Source: an uncultured delta proteobacterium
GTDB lineage: Bacteria > Desulfobacterota > Syntrophorhabdia > Syntrophorhabdales > WCHB1-27
NCBI GenBank assembly: GCA_963810935.1
Contig: CAWEPK010000007.1
Location: 192,001 to 256,000, forward strand
Direction of reading: 5' to 3'
Length of the DNA: 64,000 nucleotides
Part shown: in pieces, positions 11,358 to 20,530 of the stretch
Layout of the letters: the number at the start of each line of letters is the position of its first letter
Position numbering within the stretch: position 1 is the first letter of the stretch
Notes under the pieces: generated by a model
Databases searched by the model: none
Told to the model about the DNA's origin: nothing
What the model saw: only the letters and a program-made list of their open reading frames with translations
Made by a program: the position numbers and the translations under genes

Positions 11358-13337
11358 TTATCGCCTGCGTTTCGGAAAGCGGCTCGGCGACGGCCTTGCT
11401 GCGGCTGCGATGTTGCCTTGCTCCTCGATGGTCCCTTTCACGTTCTTCGGCACGATGAACCTGCAAAGGCCCCCGGACCTTTTCTCCCCGGCGGCCCTGT
11501 CGTAGAAGCTCAACGACAGCTCCTCTTTGGCCCGCGTCACCGCCACGTAAAAAAGCCGCTGCTCTTCCTCGATCTCGAAGGCGTCGTTGTCGATGAGCGA
11601 CCGGCCGGACGGGAAGACCCCGTCGACCAGGCCGATCAGAAAAACCCTGCCCCACTCCAGCCCCTTTGCCGAATGGACCGTCGAGAGGGTCAAATACTCG
11701 GACTCGTCCGGCCCTTCCTTGTCGGGGTCTACCGATACATCGCCCAGGAACTCCTTCAGGCTGTCGTATCGCCGGGCCATGTTCCGCAGCATGATCAGCT
11801 CTTTCGCCCTGGAGGCGTCTTTCTTGTACTTCCCTTTCATGATCGGGTCGTAATGCGCGATCACCCTGTCGAGCTGTTCGGCCGGGGTCAGGGAAGGATT
11901 GTCTATCGACTGCACGAGCGCCCTGAACGATGCCAGGACGTCCGAGTGCTTCTGGCCGGTGCAGAAAGGGGTGATGGCCTTGTCGATGATACGGGCGAGG
12001 CTGTCCTGCGCGGAGATCAGGTCGAGAAGCCTTTCGACGGTCCTCGTCCCTATGCCGGGGAGCAAAAGGAGCACCCTGTGCCATGAAAGCTCGTCCGCCG
12101 GGTTGGCGACGATCCTCAAATAAGAGATGACATCGCGGACGTGGGCGGTCTCGTAGAACTTGCGGCCGCCGAAGAGCCTGAACCGTATACCTTTCTTGAT
12201 AAGCTCGGACTGGAGCGGCATCGAGGCGAAGGCGGTGCGGAAGAGCACGGCCATCTCCCTCGTGGGGACGCCCTGGGCCCTTAAGGACTGCACCCTGTCC
12301 GCTACCCAGGCTGCCTCCTCGTACATGTCCGCGAAGCGGCGCAAGCCCGGCTTCTCTCCCGTGAGGCCGGGCCCTGATACAAGCCTTTTTTCGAACTTGT
12401 GCTTCATGTTCGAAAGGACCGCGTTGCCCACGTCGAGTATGGGCTGGGTGGAGCGGTAGTTCTGCTCGAGCATTATCACCTTGCAGCCGGGGAACGTTTT
12501 CGGAAATTGCAGGATGTTCAAGTGGTTCGCGCCCCTGAACCCGTAGATGCTCTGCGCGTCGTCCCCCACTGCCATGATGTTGCCGTTTTTCCGGGCAAGG
12601 AGCCGCGCAATGTCGGCCTGGACTCCGTTCGTGTCCTGGAACTCATCGACCATGATGTAGCGGTACCTGGAGGATATCCGGTCCCTTACCTCATCGCTGT
12701 CGAGGGCGAGCTTCAGGTAGATGAGCAGGTCGTCGTAGTCGAGGCAGTTGTTCTTTCGCTTGTAGTCCCTGTACTCCTTCTGGATGGTCTTTATGTCGGC
12801 GGTGAACTCATCGTAATCGCCGTACATTTTCTGAACTGCGGCGTCGATGGTCATGCCTTTGTTGGCAACTGCGCTGAAAACGGTCTTCAACTCGTTCTTT
12901 TTCGGGAACTCCTTGTCCTGGTCGTATCCCATCTTGTTGCAGCAGCGCCTGATGGCCTCTTCCGAATCGCCCTCGTCGTATATGGTGAAGGAGCCGGAAA
13001 AGCCGAGGCTCGAGCTGAAGCGCCTTAAGGCCTTGCTCGCGAAGGAGTGAAAAGTGCCTCCGTCGATCTTCGCACACCTCGGGTCGTTACGGGATGCCCG
13101 CTCGATCATTTCCTGGGCGCTCCTGCGCGTGAAGGTGAGGAGGAGGATCGATTCCGGGTCGACGTTCTGCCGGACGAGATAGAGCGAACGGTACTCGATC
13201 ACCCTGGTCTTGCCGCTGCCAGCCCCGGCTATCACGAGGACGGGCCCTTCCGTGGTCGTTACAGCCTCGTACTGGGCCTGATTGAGCTGAGACTTGAGAT
13301 CTTGCGTGGTGCGGTTTTTTTGCACTATTAGCTCCAT
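11358..13337 (-). CDS. UvrD/Rep/PcrA-family SF1 helicase
   Basis: LNQAQ, AGAGSGKT, VDEFQD, VGDDAQSIYGFRGA, QNYRS, STVHSAKGLEW, EEQRLFYVAVTRA. Confidence 0.95.
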   Translation of the reverse strand: MELIVQKNRTTQDLKSQLNQAQYEAVTTTEGPVLVIAGAGSGKTRVIEYRSLYLVRQNVDPESILLLTFTRRSAQEMIERASRNDPRCAKIDGGTFHSFASKALRRFSSSLGFSGSFTIYDEGDSEEAIRRCCNKMGYDQDKEFPKKNELKTVFSAVANKGMTIDAAVQKMYGDYDEFTADIKTIQKEYRDYKRKNNCLDYDDLLIYLKLALDSDEVRDRISSRYRYIMVDEFQDTNGVQADIARLLARKNGNIMAVGDDAQSIYGFRGANHLNILQFPKTFPGCKVIMLEQNYRSTQPILDVGNAVLSNMKHKFEKRLVSGPGLTGEKPGLRRFADMYEEAAWVADRVQSLRAQGVPTREMAVLFRTAFASMPLQSELIKKGIRFRLFGGRKFYETAHVRDVISYLRIVANPADELSWHRVLLLLPGIGTRTVERLLDLISAQDSLARIIDKAITPFCTGQKHSDVLASFRALVQSIDNPSLTPAEQLDRVIAHYDPIMKGKYKKDASRAKELIMLRNMARRYDSLKEFLGDVSVDPDKEGPDESEYLTLSTVHSAKGLEWGRVFLIGLVDGVFPSGRSLIDNDAFEIEEEQRLFYVAVTRAKEELSLSFYDRAAGEKRSGGLCRFIVPKNVKGTIEEQGNIAAAARPSPSRFPKRRR

Positions 13338-13448
13338 GATGAAATCTTTGCGCTAAACGCACGTCATCGCCCCTTTCGGATAAAACAGATATTCAAATAC
13401 GGAAGCGATGTCCTTGTCCAGAGGGAAGCAGCAAAGACCGGCATGAAA

Positions 13449-13475
13449 CGGCCCGCCGTCTTCAAGGGCGGGCCG
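13449..13475 (-). terminator. Hairpin downstream of dinB
   Basis: cggcccgcc-N-ggcgggccg with a short U tract on the minus strand. Confidence 0.5.
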
Positions 13476-13488
13476 CCGAACTGCCTGT

Positions 13489-14709
13489 CTATACGTCGCT
13501 TTTTCTCACGCCTGACGGACGCCAGGCCGGAGAAATAACCTTCTGTCCTTTTTCCTGCTTAAGGGTAGAGGCGTGGGTGAGGGCGTTCTCGCCGAATTTG
13601 TCGTTGACTGCATCGACGGCCTTCGCCAGGGCGGCTTTTTTGTCTTCGCCCGCCTGGCCGAAGAGCGGGAGCTGTTCTTCACCCTTCGATAAGGACGAGA
13701 GGGAGACGCCTAAGAGCCTGACGCTTTTCTTGAGGTCAATCGTATCGAGGATGGAGACGGCTGCACGGTAAACTTCGCCCGTGTCGTTCGTCGGCGCGGT
13801 CAGAGTGGTCTGCTTCGTGAAGGTCTTGAAATCGGGGTACCTCACGGTAAGGGTGATCCTCTTACCTTTATAGCCGTAGCGCCTTGCCCTGCGGCCGACC
13901 CTCTCGCTGAGGCGCAGGATGCAGCTTGTAAGCTCTTCCCGCTTCCAGATGTCTTTCGGCAGCGTAGTGCTGTGGCCTATCGACTTCGGGTCTGCGGAGG
14001 CAACCTCCAGCGGCCGCTCCAGCACTCCCTTGCCCATGTCCGCGAGCTGGTTGCCGAATACGCCGAACCGCCTGACGAGGAGGGGCAGGGACGCCCTGCC
14101 GAGCTGCCCGCAGGTCGTGATGCCCATCTTTTTAAGCTTCTCTTCGGTATGCGGGCCTATGCCCCAGAGCTTCTTTACGGGAAGGGACTCGAATACGGAC
14201 GGGATTTCCCCTTCTTTGATCCACCGGAGGCCGTCAGGCTTTGCTATGTCGCTCGCGAGCTTTGCGACAAGGACATTGGGGCCGATGCCGACCGTGCAGG
14301 TCAGGTCAAGGCCCGTCTTTACTGCGGTCTTGAGGGAGCGCGCAAGCTCCTCCGGGCCGCCTAACAGGTGGTGCGAGCGGGTGATATCGAGGAAGACCTC
14401 GTCGATGGAGTAAATCTCTATGTCAGGGGTGAACCGCAGGCAGACCGCTTCGAGCTGCCGGCAGGCCTCTGCGTATTTCGCGTTGTTCCCTACGACGAGT
14501 ATTATGTGCGGGCAGAGCCTCTTCGCCTCGCCGACGGTCATGGCTGTCCGCACGCCAAAGGCGCGGGCCTCGTATGAAGAGGTGGTGACGATCGTCCTTT
14601 CGCCCGCGCCCGTGACCGCTATGGCCTTACCCTTCAGGTCCGGGTTGTCCCGCTGCTCGACGGAAGCGAAGAAGGCGTCCATGTCGACGCATACGATGAT
14701 CTTTTGCAT
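13489..14709 (-). CDS. dinB: DNA polymerase IV
   Basis: VDMDAFFASVEQ, SYEARAFGV, SIDE, KLASDIAKPDG. Confidence 0.95.
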   Translation of the reverse strand: MQKIIVCVDMDAFFASVEQRDNPDLKGKAIAVTGAGERTIVTTSSYEARAFGVRTAMTVGEAKRLCPHIILVVGNNAKYAEACRQLEAVCLRFTPDIEIYSIDEVFLDITRSHHLLGGPEELARSLKTAVKTGLDLTCTVGIGPNVLVAKLASDIAKPDGLRWIKEGEIPSVFESLPVKKLWGIGPHTEEKLKKMGITTCGQLGRASLPLLVRRFGVFGNQLADMGKGVLERPLEVASADPKSIGHSTTLPKDIWKREELTSCILRLSERVGRRARRYGYKGKRITLTVRYPDFKTFTKQTTLTAPTNDTGEVYRAAVSILDTIDLKKSVRLLGVSLSSLSKGEEQLPLFGQAGEDKKAALAKAVDAVNDKFGENALTHASTLKQEKGQKVISPAWRPSGVRKSDV

Positions 14710-14852
14710 GGCCCATATTCTACAAAGAGGCTTCCACAAGAGCAAGAAAGAGATGCAGCGCCGGCGGGAATAGGGTGTGAAACCTTGCAGGTATTGCCCC
14801 TTGGACAAAGGCTAAAGCGGATTTGGGCGGCCCTGCCGCCCTTACGTCACCT

Positions 14853-15035
14853 TCAGCCTGAGCCTGATTTCCTTGGCGGTTCGGCGCCGGGCCCGGTCTT
14901 CCTGCCTATGGTGGCAAGCTCCAGCTTTTCTATCTCGTCGCTCTGGCATTCCGGACACTCGGGCGGCTCCTCTTCTCCAGGGATCGCCTTGAACTCAAAA
15001 CCGCACTTCCGGCATATGTACGCCTCTTTATCCAT
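14853..15035 (-). CDS. Small zinc-ribbon protein (FmdB-like)
   Basis: YICRKCGFEF...CPECQS; RBS aggagg. Confidence 0.7.
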   Translation of the reverse strand: MDKEAYICRKCGFEFKAIPGEEEPPECPECQSDEIEKLELATIGRKTGPGAEPPRKSGSG

Positions 15036-15094
15036 GCGACAGGCCCTCCTTTTCACATCTATTTCCATAGTATAATCACTCGTCGCAAGAGACG

Positions 15095-15700
15095 TTATGC
15101 GCGCAGGCTTTTCGGGCCGCTGACGAACGGGCTGCCTGACTCGTAAAAGCGGAGCACCCGGTTTGCCTCCTTTGCCAGTCCTATGCGCGTGCTTTCCGCT
15201 ATCGGGGCCGTCTGCCGCACTGCCGGGCCCAGCCATAGCGACCTGTCGGTGCACAGGTCTACGCCGTCATGTTCTATCCGGACCCCCATTGCGACAGTCA
15301 GGCGGCCCGGCCCTCTTGCAAGGTCGGTCGGGCGCGTAGTGCCCCGGCGGGCCTGCATGAGCCCGATGCCCTCCAGCGGTTCTAAAGCCCGGAGCAGCAC
15401 CCCGGCGCCCACCCCCAGCCGCTCGCTCGCGACATTGAGCAGGTAGGACGAGCCATAAATGAAATAAACGTATGCGTGGCCGTGTTCGAGATAAAGCGAG
15501 CGGTTGCTCTGCGTCTGCCCGTGAAAGGCATGGCCGCTTGCATCGCCCGGCACATAGCCTTCCGTCTCGACGATGCGCCCGCTCGTCCTGCCTTCCGCCG
15601 TATCGTGGACCAGCGTCTTGCCGATCAGGTAACGGGCCAGGCCGACCGTGTCGACAGGCAGCTCCGGGCGGCGAAGATGGCGTATACGCAGGTTCCGCAA
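15095..15700 (-). CDS. mpg: DNA-3-methyladenine glycosylase (AAG/Mpg family)
   Basis: GRIVETEGY, YVYFIYG, VLLRALEP, GPGRL, RIG. Confidence 0.92.
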   Translation of the reverse strand: MRNLRIRHLRRPELPVDTVGLARYLIGKTLVHDTAEGRTSGRIVETEGYVPGDASGHAFHGQTQSNRSLYLEHGHAYVYFIYGSSYLLNVASERLGVGAGVLLRALEPLEGIGLMQARRGTTRPTDLARGPGRLTVAMGVRIEHDGVDLCTDRSLWLGPAVRQTAPIAESTRIGLAKEANRVLRFYESGSPFVSGPKSLRA

Positions 15701-15709
15701 TGTGGCTTC

Positions 15710-16096
15710 TCAGTCCATCCGTCCGACCCACTGGGAACGCCACGCGGGGGCCGGGAAAGGGTCGGCGAAATACTGTGTATCATGGAACACCTTGCCGGAC
15801 CTGAACTCCATGATGCTTACCGTATTGGCCGGCCCGCGGCCCTCGTATGCGATCACGAACTCGGAGACCCAGAGATCGCCTGCTCCAATTATCCGTCGAA
15901 CGGCGAAACCCGACGGCTTCGACGGATGGTGCCCCCGAAGCGCCTCAAGGTTCGCCCGGCCGTAGATGCGCTCCCCTGATTGGGGATAGTCGCATATGCA
16001 GTCATCGTGATAAATCTCATGTTCCGCATTAAGGTCGCCCCCGGCCGATGCAGCCCAGTGGCGTTCCAACGCCGCTTGAATCTCGCTATCTCCCAT
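15710..16096 (-). CDS. SnoaL/NTF2-like protein
   Basis: YHDD..CDYPQSGERIYGR...YFADPFPAPAWR. Confidence 0.85.
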   Translation of the reverse strand: MGDSEIQAALERHWAASAGGDLNAEHEIYHDDCICDYPQSGERIYGRANLEALRGHHPSKPSGFAVRRIIGAGDLWVSEFVIAYEGRGPANTVSIMEFRSGKVFHDTQYFADPFPAPAWRSQWVGRMD

Positions 16097-16448
16097 GACG
16101 GGTCACCTCCTGTTCGATAAACCGCCTTTAATATCATAAGGATGTCTTGACGGCCGTGCGAGTGTAATACATTTTCGCTCCCTTTGACTTAATGTTTCCC
16201 TCAATGGGCCGAAAACATATATTGTGCCGGAATGGGAATTACCCGGGGCAGGGAAGCTAAAGGGTCCCCAAATGGCGTGTAATTAAAAAGGAGATGGAGT
16301 ACTGGCACGATTTGTAAAACTTTTCCTTGACATGAAGTCTGACAAGGTATACTATTAACGTATGACAAGCTATGACACACATAAAACACTCTCAGGCTCG
16401 GACATAAACCGGGACCTGTCCCAGGAAAACGAAAGGCAGGAGGTAATC

Positions 16449-16628
16449 ATGGAAAGGCTACGCGCAGCAGTAACGATCATAAAGGTCATCCCGATTGTAA
16501 GCTTCATGCTGCTTCTTTTGCCCTTCACGTGGATGATGCCAAAGGCGGAAGAGCAGGAAGCAGAGACAGTCGGTTTCAAAGGTGCAGCCGTGCCCGCCGT
16601 CTCCCAGCAACACAGGCTTGCCGCATAG
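16449..16628 (+). CDS. Small membrane protein
   Basis: RBS aggagg; one hydrophobic segment. Confidence 0.45.
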   Translation: MERLRAAVTIIKVIPIVSFMLLLLPFTWMMPKAEEQEAETVGFKGAAVPAVSQQHRLAA

Positions 16629-16847
16629 ACGCCGAACTCTTCGCGACTGGGCCCGCCGGTAGCTTTTACGGGCCTGGCCCGCGTCGCACGCGCATATAAC
16701 GCAGCGTAATCAGTACACGGCCCGTTTTTCCAACGGGCCTTTTCCATTTGCACCCCATCCATCGTTTCGAAACCGCCCGCCGGCCCCTTCGGTTTTCCTT
16801 GCGGCCCGTCCCAGGCCCGTGGTATTAGTAAATAAAAGGAGGGCGAG

Positions 16848-17063
16848 ATGATGAAAAAACTGTTAATGTTGCTCATGGGTATGGCTTTCCTGGCTGTAGT
16901 GGCGACACCCGCATGGGCGCCGCTCAAAACAGAGGTGGAAAAGCCGAAGCCGCAGCCCAAGGGCAGCGGAAGCGCCAATGTCGTGGACCTGAGCGATAAG
17001 AAGTCACAGGTGCCTCAGATCCCGCCTATGCCGCCGCCGAAAAAGGAAGCGCCCAAGAAGTAG
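16848..17063 (+). CDS. Small exported Pro/Lys-rich protein
   Basis: RBS aaggagg; signal peptide ending AWA. Confidence 0.6.
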   Translation: MMKKLLMLLMGMAFLAVVATPAWAPLKTEVEKPKPQPKGSGSANVVDLSDKKSQVPQIPPMPPPKKEAPKK

Positions 17064-17303
17064 GCGCTACCAAGTGTGGGATAAGAAAGATGGGCTGAAG
17101 GGAGCACCAGTTTCGGGGATGGGGGGAGCTTAAATACTGATGCCCCCTTACAGCCCTTTCTTCTCGAACCGGAAAAATAGCAATATGCCTCCCAGTGCGA
17201 AGGCTGCTATGACGATCCAGTGGTTGACGCCAATGATGCCGGGGAGCGTTATCTCGCCGTAATCTCTCCATTTCATGACGGAAGCGCTCGGTGCAGGATA
17301 GCT

Positions 17304-17756
17304 TTATTTCTCCACCGGGTTGCCGGCCTTTACCCAGTCGGCGAAGACCATGTCCGCCAGCACCGCGTTCTTGTAACCAAGGTCATTGAGCGTCTTTGTC
17401 GCCAGCGCTGCCCTGCCTCCGGTCTTGCAGTACACGTAGATCTTCGTGTCCTGGTCGGGGACCTTGCCGGAAATGGCGAATTCGAGTGTCCCCCGCGAGA
17501 CGCCCACTGCGCCGGGCAGATGGCCGTCCGCGTATTCCTGGGGATCGCGGACGTCAAGGAATACGGCCTTTTCCTTCGAGTCGATAGCCGCCCTGACCGC
17601 CTGCGCGTTGACCTTTGCTACAGACGCCTTTGCCTTTGCGACCATCTCCTGCGCCTTCTGCTGGACGGCGGGTGCGGTGTTCTGCGCTATAGCGGCCGAT
17701 GCCGCCAAAAGCCCGAAAGCAAGCATTACAGCCATAACGATTAACCTCTTCAACAT
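17304..17756 (-). CDS. Exported rhodanese-domain sulfurtransferase
   Basis: Signal peptide; LDVRDPQEYADGHLPGA; YCKTGGRA. Confidence 0.9.
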   Translation of the reverse strand: MLKRLIVMAVMLAFGLLAASAAIAQNTAPAVQQKAQEMVAKAKASVAKVNAQAVRAAIDSKEKAVFLDVRDPQEYADGHLPGAVGVSRGTLEFAISGKVPDQDTKIYVYCKTGGRAALATKTLNDLGYKNAVLADMVFADWVKAGNPVEK

Positions 17757-17805
17757 GGCGTTCTCCTCCCTCTTACAGTGAATAATGCGTATCCATATGG
17801 TGCTA

Positions 17806-17821
17806 TGCAACGCACGTGCCT
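17806..17821 (-). promoter_or_regulatory. Candidate sigma54 promoter for the rhodanese gene
   Basis: Minus strand AGGCAC-GTGCG-TTGCA, ~50 bp upstream of the start. Confidence 0.5.
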
Positions 17822-18138
17822 GTTTCAAGCGCATCCCCCGAAAGCAACGATTTGCCCCGGTATCGGCTAAAAATGCGGTGCTCCGCGCCTGCCCGTCGCA
17901 TCCCGATGTTAACTTTGTAAACTATAGTTCCTTAACGTAAGTTAACGCCGCCCGCACGTGAATGCAGGCGGAAGAGGGCGTATTGACACCCGGTAGCAGC
18001 GAACCCAAATTAGAATCGGGGCTGAAGGCGAGCCTTGACGTCCGGTCGCCGTAGTCCAGATTGGGCTTGTGACAGATCGATTCTGAATTTCCGATCGCCT
18101 TTGTCTTCAGCTACTAACATCTTTTAAGTGGAGGCCTT

Positions 18139-18684
18139 ATGAGTGGGAAGTATTGTTTAGTGGTATTAGTCGCGTTGATGGCCATCTGCCTGGCGGGCTG
18201 CGGCTGCTTTCAACAAAAGCCTGCCGTAGCGCAGAACCCTCCGCCGCCGGTCGCACAAGTCGAGCCTGTCCCTGAACCTGTACCAGTTCAGCCGCCGCCG
18301 CCCGCGCCGGTAGCGCAGGCGCCTGCGCCCGCAATACCAGTGCCCGAATCCGTTTTCTTCTCTTTCGACAAAGCGGACATTACGCCTCGGGCAGCGGTGG
18401 CGCTCAAAAACCAGGCGGAATGGCTCAAACAGAACCCGGACGCGAAGGTGTCGGTCTCAGGGTACGCAGACGAGCGCGGCACTGAAGAATACAACAAGAA
18501 GCTGGGCCAGGAAAGAGCCGACGCAGTTAAAGGGTATCTGGCGCAGCAGGGGGTCAGCTCCGACCGTATCACGACCAGCAGCTACGGCAAGGACAAGCCG
18601 GTTTGCGCGGAGCAGGCGGAGAATTGCTATTCAGCCAACAGGAGGGCGGACCTGGACGTGACCGGCAACACCACAACAGGGTAG
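18139..18684 (+). CDS. OmpA/Pal-family peptidoglycan-associated lipoprotein
   Basis: Lipobox LAGC; FFSFDKA, GYADERGTEEYN..LGQERA, NRRA. Confidence 0.9.
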   Translation: MSGKYCLVVLVALMAICLAGCGCFQQKPAVAQNPPPPVAQVEPVPEPVPVQPPPPAPVAQAPAPAIPVPESVFFSFDKADITPRAAVALKNQAEWLKQNPDAKVSVSGYADERGTEEYNKKLGQERADAVKGYLAQQGVSSDRITTSSYGKDKPVCAEQAENCYSANRRADLDVTGNTTTG

Positions 18685-18715
18685 GAAAAGCCACCCGCAT
18701 CACATTTACGAGATA

Positions 18716-18765
18716 GGTCCCGCCGGGACGGCCCATTGCGTCCATAAGGGCGGTCCCGCCGGGAC
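18716..18765. repeat. Two direct copies of the palindromic ggtcccgccgggac
   Basis: Identical 14-mers at 18716-18729 and 18752-18765. Confidence 0.6.
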
Positions 18766-18889
18766 CCGCACCGCCCGTCAACCTCTAATCTTTTAAAAAG
18801 AATGGCAGGCCGCGTCACCGCCCTGACTGGATTTGACAAACATCGTCAGGGTACGTTATTACTCTATCAAACGAGAGGCGTTTTCGATA

Positions 18890-19135
18890 ATGAAGGGCGC
18901 GCGGTGTATAAGGAGGGAAAGCGGGTTGACCACCCGTTTCGAAGCGGCGGTCGTTATCGCGTTGTTTTTCTGTGCCTTCCCGAAAAGCGCGCACGCCTAC
19001 CTGGACCCCGGCGCGGGAAGCATGTTCCTTCAGGGCTTGTTTGCCGCGTTCTTTGCGGTAGTGGCGTACCTCGGGATATTCCGGCGGCGGATCAAGTCAT
19101 GGTGGCGCCGTTTTGTCTCGAAGGAGAAGCAGTGA
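18890..19135 (+). CDS. Small membrane protein with AYLDPGAGS motif
   Basis: Signal-like segment ending AHA, then YLDPGAGS, a TM helix and a basic tail; start uncertain. Confidence 0.65.
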   Translation: MKGARCIRRESGLTTRFEAAVVIALFFCAFPKSAHAYLDPGAGSMFLQGLFAAFFAVVAYLGIFRRRIKSWWRRFVSKEKQ

Positions 19136-19148
19136 CGCGACGGGCCCG

Positions 19149-20528
19149 ATGATGCAAGACCCGGGTTCCTTCAGGGACCCTGCGAACCTCGTTTTCACCC
19201 TTGATGGAGACGTCTACAGGGCAATATTCGCTCCGGGCGCCGCGGACTACGTCTCGGCAAAGACCGGCGGGGTTTACACGAAGCTCTCCGAGGCAGGCAT
19301 CCTGCTTGCCCATGAGGAGGTAAGTCCGCCGCCTTCGGCCCCCGAAGGCACCCTCCATTGCCTGCGATACAAGGCCCTTCCGATGATCAGCTATCCCTGG
19401 GAATGGTCTTTTTCGATGCTGAAGGATGCCGCTCTTCTCCACCTCGATGCGATGGAGATGCTCCTTCCGCAAGGTTTCTGGCTGCGGGACGGGAGCGCCG
19501 TCAACGTGCAATACGATGGTTCGAGGCTCCGCCTCATCGACACCCTCTCCATCGGCTCCATGAAGAAAGGGTCTCCCTGGATCGCGTACAGGCAGTTCTG
19601 CTCGCATTTCCTCGCCCCCCTCGCCCTTGCCGCCTATGGAGACATCCGGACGCTGGCGCTCTGGCGCACTTACGTAGACGGCTACCCCCTCGACCTTGCG
19701 GCGGCCATGATCCCCCCTCGCAGGCGCTACCTGTCACGCCTCCTCGTCCATCTCACGCTCCATGCCCGCTTTCAGCAAAAGGGGCAGGGCGGCGACGGGG
19801 AAGGCGCGTATGAGACGCCGAAGTTTTCCTATGCATCGCTCCTTGGCCTCGTCCGTTCTCTGCGCCGGACCGTTGCGGGGCTGAAGTGGAATGCGCCTTC
19901 GTCCCTGTGGCGCGGCTATCATTCGGAGCAGAATTACGGCGGCGACGGCCTGCTTCTGAAAAAAGAGCTTATCGATAAGCTCGTCCATGCCATGAAGCCG
20001 AAGCTTGTCTGGGACTTAGGCGGCAACACGGGGGAATTCTCCGCAATCGCGGCCTCCCACGGCTCTTTCGTCGTGAGCATCGATGGAGACCCGGCGTGCA
20101 CGGAGCACCTTTACAACAGGCTGAAGGGCGACCTTCAGGGCAAGAGCATCCTCCCCCTCACAATCGACCTGGCCAACCCAACGCCTGCCCTCGGCTGGAA
20201 CGAAAAGGAGCGGAGCGGCCTGCGGGCGCGGGGTCGCGCCGACCTCGTAATGGCGCTGGCCCTCGTTCACCATCTCGTTTTCTCGCACAACATACCTCTG
20301 CCCCTTATCGCCGAATGGCTCGACGGCATAGGGGACTGCGCGGCAGTCGAATTCGTGTCGGCGGACGATCCGATGGTCAAGCGCCTCCTCAGGGCAAGGG
20401 GCGACGAACACCTTCCGTACTCGCAAGGCCTGTTTGAATCGAGCTTTGCCCGTTATTTCAGGGTCATAGAAAAGAGGGCATTGACCGCTTCCCGTTCGCT
20501 CTGGGTATTCGCAAGGAAAGGCGTGTAG
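19149..20528 (+). CDS. NoeA-like SAM-dependent methyltransferase
   Basis: DPGSFRDP, ISYPWEWSFSMLKDAA, YRQFCSHFLAPL, WDLGGNTGEFS, ALALVHHL. Confidence 0.8.
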   Translation: MMQDPGSFRDPANLVFTLDGDVYRAIFAPGAADYVSAKTGGVYTKLSEAGILLAHEEVSPPPSAPEGTLHCLRYKALPMISYPWEWSFSMLKDAALLHLDAMEMLLPQGFWLRDGSAVNVQYDGSRLRLIDTLSIGSMKKGSPWIAYRQFCSHFLAPLALAAYGDIRTLALWRTYVDGYPLDLAAAMIPPRRRYLSRLLVHLTLHARFQQKGQGGDGEGAYETPKFSYASLLGLVRSLRRTVAGLKWNAPSSLWRGYHSEQNYGGDGLLLKKELIDKLVHAMKPKLVWDLGGNTGEFSAIAASHGSFVVSIDGDPACTEHLYNRLKGDLQGKSILPLTIDLANPTPALGWNEKERSGLRARGRADLVMALALVHHLVFSHNIPLPLIAEWLDGIGDCAAVEFVSADDPMVKRLLRARGDEHLPYSQGLFESSFARYFRVIEKRALTASRSLWVFARKGV

Positions 20529-20530
20529 CC

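Noticed and set aside
17980..18120. Possible riboswitch in the ompA/pal leader (gctgaag...cttcagc pairing)
   Set aside because: No recognisable aptamer consensus; only generic pairing
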